A stretch of DNA of 64,000 bases from Tubulanus polymorphus (taxonomy: Eukaryota > Animalia > Nemertea): contig NC_134025.1 of assembly GCF_964204645.1 (NCBI RefSeq), positions 20,993,101 through 21,057,100 of the forward strand, given 5' to 3'. A program made the position numbers and the translations under genes. Numbering within the stretch: the first letter of the stretch is position 1; the number at the start of each line of letters is the position of its first letter. Positions 12,489 through 25,239 of the stretch are shown in pieces. The notes beneath the pieces are model-generated. The model was not told where the DNA came from. It worked only from the letters and a program-made list of their open reading frames with translations, and made no database searches.

Positions 12489-15400
12489 CTAGTTTTGAAG
12501 AGTTTCGTAAGTGCTCTCTGTTTGAGGTCCTGAGTTCAGCTCCGTAGGCTGTAGATTAACAGTGGCACCGCGTGGATCCGGTACTGGATACGCGGAATAG
12601 ACGTAACAATACGGATCGAGAGTCAGCTGTTCGGTGTCATTGTTCTGGTTAAAACTTCTGTTAAACTCGTCGACGACGTCATCACTAGGAGTTGGAATCT
12701 TTTCTCGTTGTCGAACAGGTGGCGGAGGGGCGTCATCGGGTGGCGGAGGAATGTCCAACAGATTGTCGAGGAAATCGTAATCGCCAAGGTCATCACGATC
12801 TGTTAGAACGGACGTTTTAGCGGTGAGGGGAGAGTGACGTTTTTGCGTAGGTACTTTTTTGACTGGTTCGTCCACTACGCGTGTTGTATGCGGCATCGGT
12901 GTATCTCTAGATGGAGCCATACCGGATACCAAATAACCACCCTCGTCCACATTGGTTTCAGGTCCGTGTTCCTTGATCGGATCTTCGGCGTTCCCCATTC
13001 GTGAGATTTTACTCAGTTCATTTCTCTGCGAAAGTGTAACGACATTTTCGCTGCCAACCCGATAGCGTACCGTTGGTGGAACAACTGCCACGTTAGATGC
13101 GCTCTTAGGTCGGTTTGGTTGAGCTGAAACGCGACCATCATTGGGGTTGACTGCGCAAACCGGGCCGCCGATCTTCTTGATATGCGTCGTTTGTGAGGAT
13201 GAGTATGACAGATTCTCGAACTCTGACGCCGCCGGCGGCAAACGACCAGCTTTGAACTGCTTATTCGTTCTACAGAAAGAAAAAATAAATTTATTTCAAC
13301 TGGATTACCTAGGATTATCCTTTGGTTTCATAATATTTTGATTTTCTAGCTTCATAGTGCAAGATGTTTTCTTACTTCCATCTCCGATAGACTACGAATA
13401 GTAATACAAGTATACCAATAAGCAGTATGACACCAATTACAATTCCAGTTACGCCACCTACAAAATAGATTTATATGTTAATTTGGATATCTCACATGTT
13501 ATACAGGTGCCACATGATTGTATTCTATAAATGTCTATTGCCTACCGGGTCCGATTTTTTCATTCGTAGCTCCACCAATTATTGCTGGAAATTAAGGGAT
13601 GAAAGTTGCAACAAATGTGAAAGATTAATGCGTTTATTCTATAGCGTGCACGCCAAGACATAACCCGAAACACGAAACAGGAACGCTTAATCCGGTGACC
13701 GTGTGCGTTGCTCCGAAACACGAAGAGCGTTTATTGAAACACGGCTTCGCTTCGTGCGATCGTGAGAAAACCGAATCATCGAAACACAAATATCTGCTTC
13801 GTGTTTCTGGTATATTTCTTGCTGCTAGGCTTAAGAATACATAAATATATTCCTACCACTAGCCGTGTGAGTGCTGCGAATGATTTCTGTCGAAACATCA
13901 ATAGTTACTCGCTCAGTGGAATGTGGTGTAGAAGAGACATCGGAACGAATAGAGGACGCGTTGTAACCAGCTGTAGACTTTTCTGTAGATGATGTATTAG
14001 AAACGGTAGTCATCTGAGAAGAAGAAGTCTTCGGAACTGTTGTAGGACTCAGGGAAATCGTTGTCCGTGGAACAATAACTAGAAATGTAAGATCTTAAAT
14101 TGAGTAGTTGAAATATGACATTTATTACAATATGATCTGCCTGAGGAATGTTTTGTTGCCAATGATTAAGATACACTGTTTATATACAATGTGTTACAAT
14201 GATTGATATGGCCGCGTTTTGTGCAATATACCTTTTTCGCAAATCTTTTTCAATGTCGACATCGTTGCACTGTTAGATACTGTCTTGCGTTGCCATGTCA
14301 TGTGCTTTCGGGATGACGGCAACTTGTTTACCCGCCCGCAAGAAACTACGCTAGGTCCAGTGAACAACACGGGCAAATCTTTTTCCCAAGCGGTGAACAC
14401 TGCTTCATTGTCTAGAAAAGAAATCTCCATAACCACGATCACGAAAGACATATAGAATTTAGAAAACGAAAGGGTTATTCATTGCAGCAACGTTTTGACT
14501 GTAACAAAAACATTTTTATGAGCCATCATCAGATAGGCATTTCATTCTCTAAATTGTTTGTTTTTTGGGTTTATAGTCACTTATCTTTTCTAGTAATGTA
14601 TATACAAGTTGAAATACCTAAACTAACGCTGTCTCCCCAATACCACAAATCTTTCGTAAGTCCAGTCCAGAATCTTCCATCGGCGTTTTTCAAAAGTCTG
14701 GATACTGTCCTGTAAGCGGACATATCTCTGATTTCCATTAAATGACCCCCTTGCGATTTACAAATCATTCGGGCTTCGAACCAAGAACTGGATTCTTTTG
14801 ATACGTTCGCATCGATTCCTATTGGAGAGAGAAATAGAGGCGCCATATATGAAATACAGCCGACAAAGTTATATTACAAACCAATAGAAAACTGATAACA
14901 AAAAACTTGTCCAATGTGCCCAATTTTTGTCTGAAGTGTGGAACTGGACACATAGATTGATGATTTTACACCTTTTGTCGATCAACATTAAAGAGGGTCC
15001 CAATGAACCTTATTTCTTTGGTTCTCGAACCTTTTTCGGTGGATTCACTGGCGGGAGTGTCATGACCAGAGCGAATACAAAAAGGGAAATTAAACTGGAA
15101 TCTCGTTACAACGAACTTCAATCTGTTCGTTATGACCGATACCCGGTAGTTCGTTATGTCTAGACGTATGGAAATCATTAAATTCTCTTACTTGGGACAC
15201 GATTTTGAATTTGGAATATCCGATTAATCGTTGTATCTGAGTTCGTTGTAACGAGGTTCCACTGTAGTATCATTATTTCCATGATTCCGCTTTGAATACT
15301 CACCCGACATGCAGATAAACTGTTTTGGTGATATGCATCGTTCGACTGACATCGTGTACTTGTCTTCGGTGGCGTTGTGTTGCAGTGCTCCACATCCTAA

Positions 15401-17355
15401 AAAACCATTTGTCTCATCAGGATAACCACTCGGCCACACATCCTCCGGTAGTTTATCCGTAGCTGATGAAATAAATGAACTTTCGTTATCCTACAACCGC
15501 ATGTATGAATGTTTTTTTCTAGCACATGTTCATCTCTTTCCGTACCTCGAATACTGTAAACGTTCACTGAGTCGATTCCTCCGCAAAATTGCAGCTGATC
15601 TCCGGGACACGATACGATACACGTATTCTGTGGCTCAGTTGGCATCCAGTTGGCGCTGCAGAAACATTCATTTCCATTCTGAAATGATTCACAAATTTTA
15701 AATGAAATTCAAAAGTCAATAGGCTTCTTCACATTCGAACTGTGAATGAAATATCGAGGGAGGGCGGGGTTGAGATACGTAAAACTTTACTTTGATTCCG
15801 GCGTGAGAATTTGTACTGCCCTGTCGCTTACATTCGGCGATACATAACGCAGCAGACATATCCGTGGATGATGCTGCAGACCTTAGCGGTTCAAAGTATT
15901 TCGTTGAGAAGCAACCTTGGTTGCGCAATGGTAAGTTATCTATAATGAAAACAATCCGTTGAGGATTTTGTAATTGAAATGCAAGGATACAGGTAAACGA
16001 TGTCGCGTTTAGAATATTGAAAAATTAGGTATTTTTTTCGTTTTTACGAGTTCAAAACTTAAGGAAACAATGGAATCTTAATATACAATGTATTATCAAA
16101 TTAGTTTTGAAATAAGCTATGTTGACCTTACCTGATATCCATCGCCACTGTGTTTTGCTGTAACTTAAGCCGATTTGAAATAAATGCCATTCTCTAGTCG
16201 ATGCCTCCTTGGCGAGAACGGTGTTTATGCTCTCATCCCATATGTTCACTAATTCCGTATCCCGAGGACAAGTTTTCCTCTGTAAAAAGTGACGAAAATA
16301 AAAGTGTCGAATCTAAATTCGATGCATACTCGCCGCATGGAGCGAGTAATAAGTTTATCAAATGGCGATATCTCTTATAGGGACTGTGCATAAAAAAACG
16401 TACACACAAAATTGTAAAATCCACAGAATGTCCACATTGCACTAACATTATTGCCAATCAGACACAAAAGCAATTTAAGACATCGGATATCCAGTCATGC
16501 AAAATAATGGGTTTTTTATATTCACTTATTCATTTTATTATATACACTCCGGACTACGTAATATATATTATCTTGAAAACATATATGTGAACATTTTCTC
16601 TAATTCAAAGTTGGAGTAATCAATATCCATGTAAAGCACTTGAAGTCAGAAGAGAACATAGATCATCTGTCAGTAGAGAACGCCGACATTATCATCCATA
16701 AAGGATGTCCCATTGGTGATCAACCCTTCCCTTGAAGTTACCGTGAAGAATGACTACCACAACCAAACAACCCCCTCCACCGTGTCCACATAAATCCAAA
16801 GTTCACACCCCTCGCCGTTCGACCTTCGACGTCTTTTATGAACAGCCCCTAATTAAACTTTCACGATGAATCGTTAAGTGGTATATTTAACCCAGGCATT
16901 TTATTTCAATTCAAGCATATGTTATATGATATCTTACGTTTTCTTTAGCCGGATCGAGGAAGTAGTAACATACACCGTTATACCAGACTCCTTTATCGAT
17001 GGTCAGGACAGTTGGACATAGCGTACCGGTACTTTCTTGGCAATCTAATCGATGAAATAGCACATCATTGTCACATATACATAAAAACCGGTTCTGGCGT
17101 TAATTCGGGTACGGTTCAAACGATCATCAAAATGTCTTGATTTCATTTTCTTTCAAAACCTAAGCCTGGACCCCGTCCTGAAGTTATAAATTTGGATTTA
17201 CCACCTGGGTCTAGAATGGTTGCTCCATTTCAATTATATAGGCGAGACCGTACCAAATGAAAATATGATAATTCTTACTCCTAGGCTACAAATAACTCAC
17301 GTGAGTGGATGATCAAGCACCCGAATATAATCATTGCATAGTACACAATAAACAT
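12489..17355 (-). CDS. Type I membrane C-type lectin/WSC receptor, paralog 2; exons 17355-17301, 17044-16938, 16279-16132, 15939-15791, 15678-15546, 15462-15304, 14818-14618, 14411-14232, 14078-13857, 13584-13546, 13457-13376, 13269-12489
   Basis: Signal MFIVYYAMIIFGCLIIHS; CTLD N-half (CPTV...WYNGVCYYF...QIGLSYSKTQWRWIS); WSC (QGCFS...LCIAEC...HAGIKNGNECFC...CIVSCPGDQLQFCGG...VY); CTLD C-half (WPSGYPDETNGFLGCGAL...ERCISPKQFIC); second CTLD (WFEARMICKSQGGHL...FWTGL); Ser/Thr stalk; TM GIVIGVILLIGILVLLFVVY followed by RRWK; Pro/Tyr tail. Same 12-exon layout and intron phases as paralog 1, including a 39-nt exon. Confidence 0.85.
15093..15264. mobile_element. pogo-type MITE (TA TSD), intronic
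   Basis: TA|AACTGGAATCTCGTTACAACGAAC ... GTTCGTTGTAACGAGGTTCCACTG|TA. Confidence 0.65.
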
Positions 17356-18461
17356 ATTTATTTCATTTCCATATGTTCCACAATACTTCCTTCATATTCT
17401 ATACATAGAATAACTGATAAAAGATTGATTTCTCTTCGAACCGTTATCGAGGGTCAAACCTAAATATGTCGCCTCGTGAGAAATGATAGGGCCGGTATTC
17501 AAATTTCAGAATGTCAGTTCTTATCATTAACATTATTCAACCAGTCCTACCTGCACAAAATTCCCCTTGGATACTAAATGACGGATGCGTGAATGAGATT
17601 GAGAATGTTACCGGTTGGGTGATTCTAGTAAAGATAGTTAAGGGTCCTGAATACTGCAAGAAGACTTGTACCGTACGATGGGGACTCGGGTTGTCGCCGT
17701 ACCCAACTCAACAAGTCGGCATAATTATGTCGACATCGCGAAATCGCGGGATTAAGTCGATTTCGACATATCGTGTTCTTTTGATGACATATTTCGCTTT
17801 TTTGCCCATTTCCCACGTGAAGATTCGTCATTAGTGACGACATGACACGCGTCGAAATGTTTGATGACTAAATATCAATTCAGGCACTGGACGCCGGAAA
17901 TGGACTGATCAAAGATTGAATGCGGCATGAATATCAAACAAGTCTCAGGGATCGAAAATTTGTTTGATGTGCGCGTAATTCATTCACAGCTGAGAAGTCA
18001 CCCTCATCTTTCAGGACTGTGAATTTGTTGATGGGGTTGGGCGGGCCAATCCAAAGTAACGAGAATGCCCGCGGGCTGGGAGCCGGTCACATGCCAGCTG
18101 ATGTGGCCAACGAGCTACCATAACCACAGGGGCTGGTATCAGAGTTGCAGCTAATGTAAAAACGATAATCTGTTAATCCAATGTCTATAGTATAGAATAC
18201 TATAGACAGTGTATTAGTAACAGATTATCGATAGCTGTTAATCCAATGTCTATAGTATTTTTCGGACATTGGACTGTGGTCGTAACAAAATCAAATTCCT
18301 TATTTTTGTACGTTATGAAACATTTACTTCATTTCATTCAATTTTTGCATGTTCTTATATACATTTCCGCGGCCTGGTTGTTGTTTTATCCTCATAAATA
18401 AAATAAATTGAATTTAGTACTTTCGAGGCCGCGTCCGGGAATTAGTGTGGCTGCTAGAAAT

Positions 18462-21400
18462 ATGGCTGCTAGAAATCCTGGATGCGATTTTGGTAAGATA
18501 ATTTTTGCTGTATTCTTCTCCTTATCGCCGTCGAATGCATGCTTATTTTTCAATTTCGTACGAAGATATACGATCTGAGGCATATACTACGGTATACGAT
18601 TCATGTCATTGGAATCTAAGCCTTCAAAACAGAAGGAACAAAACTATCCGGTCAAACATGTCAAACAAGACAAACTATTTACAGATGTATACAATTTCAG
18701 GCGTGAATATGTACTTTTCGGAACTTTGATGAAACTCATAGCCTGAAAATTCCTTTTTTTCTGTATGATTGTACAAAATGGGAGCGACTGTAGTTCAGGT
18801 TTCCCTAATGCCAATGGTTATGTAACTAACCTAACCATAACAGTAACACTGACCACGCAGTCGAAGGGTGACCTTTACTACTACTACACTGCGTCTGCAG
18901 TTAGACCACAAAATGTGTCATTGTGGAAGGCAATAAACAAACATGAATAAATTAATTGAGGAAGGCCCTATATACCTTACATTGAAATTTTCTATTTAGC
19001 TGCTATTTATTAAGTTGCGATAAATTTCTTGTTTAGATCCGACATGGTTCGAATCAGTAGATATAAATCTTCCTGCGGTGAAGAGAAGAGCGGCGACTCT
19101 CGGCACAAGAAGAACTGTTAAAAAACAGTGGCAGGTAGCTATAACACTGGGCCAGAATGGAATCTTCGAGGCGTTCTAGCAGTTTATTAACGAAAAGTGA
19201 TATTTGGTGATATCTTGATATTTGGTTTGTATGTTTTGTTAGAAAATGCCATACTCTACAACTTTGCTATTTATATTGATTACAAAATATGCATAGGTAG
19301 CAATTGTGAATGTGCTCTCTAATTAGGTACAGGCCAATTCGCCTTTGTGTGATCCCAACTGGTAAAGAATATTCACATTTTAAAAATTTCATCGTGAACA
19401 AATGTGAAGTATGCAGGCTTTCTTCAGTGAAACAGGAGTGCAAGAAAAGAAATTTGAAAATGAGAAAATTGGACGATGCACCAATCTCACAACTGTTATT
19501 ATTATTAGCATTGGTTGACGTCTATGACGTCATGCCAATGCTAGTAAAATGGATCGAAAATAGTAGTACGAAAAAATAGCGCCGACTCTTCTCATTTTCA
19601 TAGTAACTTCAAATTGTCACTCCGTTCACGTAAAACATTAGAAACAGCTGAAAATGACTAAAAAAAATGTTTCAATTATTCCCCACAACATAGCGTCGCC
19701 AGATTTCTGATTTAATGGTCCAAAAAGTTATTCAATCGCATTTTTCTCGTTCATTATCTGGTAGATGAGAGCGGGTTAAACAATCGCGTAGCGATATGTC
19801 CGCATTGACATTGGCAGTAAAGATTGGGGAACAGCCTCTTCTGAATAGAAAAACTATTAAAAATTATGTACCTCCGGTTTATAAATATCACAGTGTTTGG
19901 ATATCACTGTTATTCCAACTATCAGTATCCATGGGATCATTTGGGATTAATTCTCGTATGTGATCGTGCGGGAATGCCTTTACTAAAGTAAAAACCATTT
20001 CACGATGACACGAAACATCGAACGGTAAACGGTAGGCTACCACCATGATACGATATCACCAATAAAGAAAGATCATTTTATTCAATTTTACCAGAGTTGT
20101 TTATTGGAGGAAAATATCATTGTTAAGTACGCCGAGAACAACCATGTTGTATTATCAATCATTTGACTGACATAGTAAAATTTGATTCGGCAATATTCTA
20201 ATATAAGTTTTCGTTTAGGACGCCCTACACGCCTGCTGCGCACTCATGAGGCGGTAGCACCCTCTTATGCACTCGGCAGAGATTCGCTTTGTAATGCGCG
20301 CCGGGAAAAAATACCTTTTATTATCTTGTCCATGCGTTAAACAACAGTGATTGAATTTACGCGTTGTTTGTCGTAAATTGCAATATTGCCATGGTTATTT
20401 GCCGCTGCTGTAGTTTTTTGGAATTAAATCGAGCGGCCTCTGTAGCTCAGTGAGATAAGGTGTGATGCTGTTGAATCCACTATCAATGCTCAGTTACAAG
20501 TGGGTTCGAGTCCTGCTTGCTGTGAACAGTGTGCGGGCATCACTTCAAAGGCCGTACCGTCGTGAGGTTAAATAAACAATCCAATAGGAATAGTATTGGG
20601 AAACCAAGATCCAAACGACGTACGTAAAGCCAAACAAACAAAAAGACAAACAAACAATCATCAGCCGGCCTCAGTGACACCAACGCCGGCATCGCTCTCT
20701 GTGACGTTTTGCATGCGTACATGCATCAGAGCTTGGAGCTCTAAGATCAGAGGGTCTTGCAATTGCATTCAGAAAAATCGTTCTGTTTTTGTTTTCATTA
20801 TTCAGTGGGGCCTAACAGTTCATGCGTAAAAATGGGTTTTTGTATCCAAATCTTGAATGATATAAATATCTTGGCTGGGACATGATGGAAAACATCAGTT
20901 TAACTAGTTTCGTCTTTTTAACAGAATCGCATTAATGAGGTTTAACAGTACAAATAGCCTAGGCTAAATCGTTCGGCAGAAAATAAATTCATTTTCAGGA
21001 ATAAAATCGTACTAGACAAATAGACCTTTAAGTCTGTGGTCCTCCCAATCAACATCGTCATAGAAGATTTGCCGGCAGATGTAAAACATTATAACCACTA
21101 AATACCACAGTATAATCTACCAATGCTTCAAGGCACATGGGCCTCTTGTTTCGATTGTTGCCCAGGCTCAAGGCCAAATTTGTGAAATTGAACCTTGTGA
21201 AATTGATAAGTTTTTCTAATAGTTGGTAAAAAATAATAATACTCCGGTAGTATTTATGAGGCTTGTGGCGTTACATCCAGCCAGGCTGCTCATAGGCACT
21301 CTACAGATATCCTTCCGTTGTATTTGATACCCAGCTGTATCTTTTAAACCCAACAGCCAACTCCCTGGGGAGAAGTAACTTGGGAGGTATCTATCAGGCC

Positions 21401-24400
21401 AGGTAGCCATTTAATCCTGTGTTTGGACAAGCAACGAGGAAAAGTGTCATGTGCTGTTAGGGTATTTGCCCGGGGACTCTATGGTGATGTACGCAATTTA
21501 AATGACCCAACGACCCTGCTTAAACGTTGTTTCGTTTCATTTTCAGACCGCTTGGCTGCTTCGCGCTGTTACGTGCATCGATCTCACGACCCTTTCTGGC
21601 GATGACACGTGCGCGAACGTACAACGACTTTGTTACAAAGCCAAACAGCCGATCAGAGAAGATCTACTCAAATCATTAGAAATGACGAACAAAGGTAAGA
21701 TTTGACATTTAGCTCTGTGTTTGTGAATTATAGAACCACAAAGCTCCGGTGAAAGTTGTTTCCAATGAAACGGGCGCTATACCAATGTTTGACATTATTA
21801 TCATCTGATGCAGCCATCGAATATATTTTCTTGATTAAGTGCAATCAGTTGTTCATCTTTAAATATATCCTATCCATCTTATGGGCTTGTCCAGGGAAGT
21901 CCTTTTTCATTCCTCGACCCACTGAATGCCACATAAGATATTTTATGTTCGGGGTTTCTTAGTTGTAATTTGAGGAGCGAGACGAGAAAAGGCCCTTCAA
22001 CCATTAAACTCTGCCACCACCAGTATCCAGTATTCTATTGCATGAACCCTGCAGGCAGTGAAAGTCCGACATCGTAAACTCCTGGGCCCCTTAAAAGAGC
22101 ACTCCTGGACCCATTTTTTGTTGTCCTTTAATTAAATTTCACTAATTTGTTAGTTTAGGATGTTAAGTTATCCACAATATGACCAGATCCACACTGGTAA
22201 ACCCGGTGCCCATATCCAATTTTGGAATGTTTTCATATAGAAAAACTCACTAGCTGACTAATTATGCCCTACGAAATTAATGACTAGTGGATTTTTGAAT
22301 TGAAATCATTTCATTTGATATCTCAATGTATGACGTCAACCGATGAGCACCGACAGGTTCCGTAATTATGGTACTGATGTTATATATATTACAAAAAACT
22401 CCAAAAGCATCAACTTATAGATTATAATCAAACTTATTCATGATTTGTAGGTATATCTTGTGGTGCGGTTTGCGTCTATCCAAATCGTGTACCCGAAGCC
22501 GTGAGATTTCTAAAAGAAGCCGGAGCTAGTCACATACCAGTTGCATCAGGTATCATTACCGTATTACGAGTATCGATCAAATCTACGAACCTGTATTCCA
22601 GGAAATTTATTCTGTCAAAGTTTGTTTTAACGACATCCTATCATTTACAATATATACCGATGCCTACTTTGGAGTGGCGTGGCCTAAAAGTTAAGGCGTT
22701 GGCTTCTCAATCGAGATGTCCAGTGTTCGAACCCCGGCTATGCTGTAGTGTCCTTAGGCAAGGCATTAATTCACACTTGCTACCGGCTGACGACGCCTGA
22801 TCGTGATTTGCTGATCGGTGTTGTATCTCCCCAGGGAGAGTAAGACTGCTATGGAATGGTAACAGAAGCTGGGTAATAATAATCAGGTTTGACAGCGCAG
22901 CTGAACTTTGTACACAGGTACATGGAAAGAGGCGCTATCAAATTTGTGTTTATTATTACTTAGCACCAACATTTTTCCAAGAACTAAGTGCTACCTGACC
23001 TTACTGAAATTCAATAAAGATATCATTGTGCATACGTAATGCCTAGTTTCAACTATGGCTTTTTTATTGACTTCTAAGCTGTAGTTGTTACCATAGAAGT
23101 TACTAAGGGATTTTGATAACTGACTGAGTTGAGAAATGAAACAATTCACTCAGCAATTAGAAGGTGCTATGTTGTCTCCTAAGAATTAGTATACAAGAGC
23201 AACAGGTTTAAGAAGGTATGGTAATAAATCATATCACACGGTGCATCTTCTATCTTCAGTGGCAACTGGTTTTCCAGCCGGTCAAACTCCATTGCAGTGT
23301 CGTCTCGCCGAAATTCGCTGGGCCGTGGAGCACGGTGCTAAAGAGATCGATATCGTGATAAACAGGACGTATGCTTTGGCTGGTAACTGGAGAGGTAAGT
23401 CAGATGAATCAATTATGTATGAGTACTTTAACCCATCTAGTGTATTTTGTTGTTTCACTGATTAATGCGATGATCGAGTGGGTCCTGCCTGCCTGTGCAA
23501 GTTTATGGTGTTAATTTGAAGCCTGGACCCATCCCTTAAAACACTAAATACTTCTGACCATTTACAAGTTGTGCTCATGAAGGCTTCACTAGTGTTTGTT
23601 CCGGGAAACTAACTTGAAAACTAAGCTTCAATGGTATTATTGGAATTATGATTTTCGAATTGTAGAAGGCCATATACTATAGGACTCGGGGGTAGTGTAT
23701 CTATATGGCCTTTTACAATTTGAAATTATGGATGTGGTCAGCATTCAAATTGTCCGAATATATTATGGATTTCATGACCTGGCATTTACATATTTATAGG
23801 AGTGTATATTGAGGTAAAACAAATGAGGGAAGCTTGTGGCGAGGCTCATATGAAGACAATACTTGCTACTGGTGAACTAGGTTCACTCACTAATGTTTAC
23901 AAGGCTAGTATGGTGTGTATGCAAGCAGGTTAGTACCGTCTACTTACTGTATTCTTCCAAGTGGTTGAATTAAGAGAGTTCCTTTTTGCATCGTGAATAT
24001 TTTATGTATTCAGGGGCCGGATCCATAGTCGAGACTTATCCAAAAGTGGTCTTAAATCTTAAGACTTGTCTTAAGTTGTTAGATTAGCTATAGAACGAAG
24101 ATAGTCTTCGACTGGTCTTAAGTCTAAGCCATGACTATGGAACCAGCCCCAGTAAACTTTGCCCTACTCAGTAGCATTGGGACTGAATATATCACGGAGT
24201 CGATCAAATGAATTGCAAATCAGGCAATTGTTAAAAAATTTACAGATTTTACCAGTTTTCTGATCTTCTTAGCTGGTAAACAGATAAATTTTACCAGTCC
24301 AAAGATGGCTGCTTTCTTGAAATTTTATTTTCACTGTCCAATCATTCTTGAATAGAACTGTAGTAAGGTTGGGTATACTGCAGCTTGAGTAACATGTTAC

Positions 24401-25239
24401 GGTAATGTAAATGAGTATTGAATGAATTTTTTGTCTCTTCAGGAGCTGACTTCATTAAAACATCAACAGGCAAGGAAGGCGTTAACGCTATTCTTCCAGT
24501 TGGAATTGTCATGGTTCGCGCAATTCGAGATTTCTTCCAAAGAACTGGATACAAGGTACATCTGAATTTATCGTAGTCCTTCCAGTCTTATCAGCAGTTT
24601 TCGTGGTCCAGTCATTCTAGCTCAAAATCGCCTTTACAATCCCATCCTCCCTTGCCGGGGATTCAAACTTCATGGTATCGAGGATTTCGTACCATTCACA
24701 GAATCATGATCGATGCTATCAGATTTGAATAGATTAGGTCCCCATAAACAAATTGCCTTTCACAAAAAGATCAGAACCCCAAGTGGAAAATGTCCTTCGC
24801 TGTTTTAGCTTTCATGAGCTGGATTTATGGATCGCAGTTTTAACATTTTACTTCGGTCAGCGATCAGACAATATTGCAGTTAGATAAACGCCGGGGTCAG
24901 TTTAAACTGGCTGATATTGCGAAACCAGCCCATGAGGCTTTAGCACCTCAGATATAGATATTTGTTCCGAGTACACTTTCGCCAGCTCGGCCTGTATTTA
25001 CCGGTACGCTATTTTTACGCCGCATTTTTTAGATCGGGTTCAAACCAGCCGGTGGAATACGTTCGGCTAAAGACGCGTGCACGTGGCTGTCGATGATGAA
25101 AGAGGAATTAGGCGACGAATGGATGCGCAACGATCTGTTTCGAATCGGCGCCAGTTCGCTGTTGACGGACATCGAACGGCAGATATTTCATTGCGTTACC
25201 GGACGTTATGCGGCCGCTCATGAACTGGCGATGGCGTAA
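18462..25239 (+). CDS. DERA: Deoxyribose-phosphate aldolase, 319 aa; exons 18462-18492, 19037-19134, 21547-21694, 22451-22549, 23260-23394, 23800-23928, 24443-24555, 25033-25239
   Basis: The spliced product matches animal DERA motifs: RRTVKKQWQTAWLLRAVTCIDLTTLSGDDT, AVCVYP, VASVATGFPAGQT, GAKEIDIVINR, KTILATGELG, GADFIKTSTGKE (Schiff-base Lys), GFKPAGGIR, FRIGASSLL. The CDS totals 960 nt with all phases consistent. Confidence 0.97.
20436..20523 (+). mobile_element. tRNA-derived SINE head / tRNA-like pseudogene in a DERA intron
   Basis: Pol III A-box-like TAGCTCAGTGAG and B-box GGTTCGAGTCC, but no complete cloverleaf or acceptor stem. Confidence 0.5.
22672..22960 (+). mobile_element. tRNA-headed SINE with CORE-like segment and L2-like 3' tail
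   Basis: A-box-like TGGCCTAAAAGTTAAGG, B-box GTTCGAACCC, CORE-like GTGTCCTTAGGCAAGGCATTAA, and tail CAGCGC...TGAAC...TGGAAAGAGGCGCTATCAAAT...TTATTATTA. Confidence 0.7.
24014..24149. mobile_element. MITE with CAG 3-bp TSD (Harbinger-like)
   Basis: CAG|GGGCCGGATCCATAGTC ... GACTATGGAACCAGCCC|CAG. Confidence 0.65.

Noticed and set aside
17511-17843. Overlapping ORFs between receptor 2 and DERA
   Set aside because: No homology cues or splice chain. This is likely promoter or 5' UTR sequence.
20436-20523. Candidate functional tRNA gene
   Set aside because: A and B boxes are present but there is no proper acceptor or anticodon stem, so it is treated as a SINE head.
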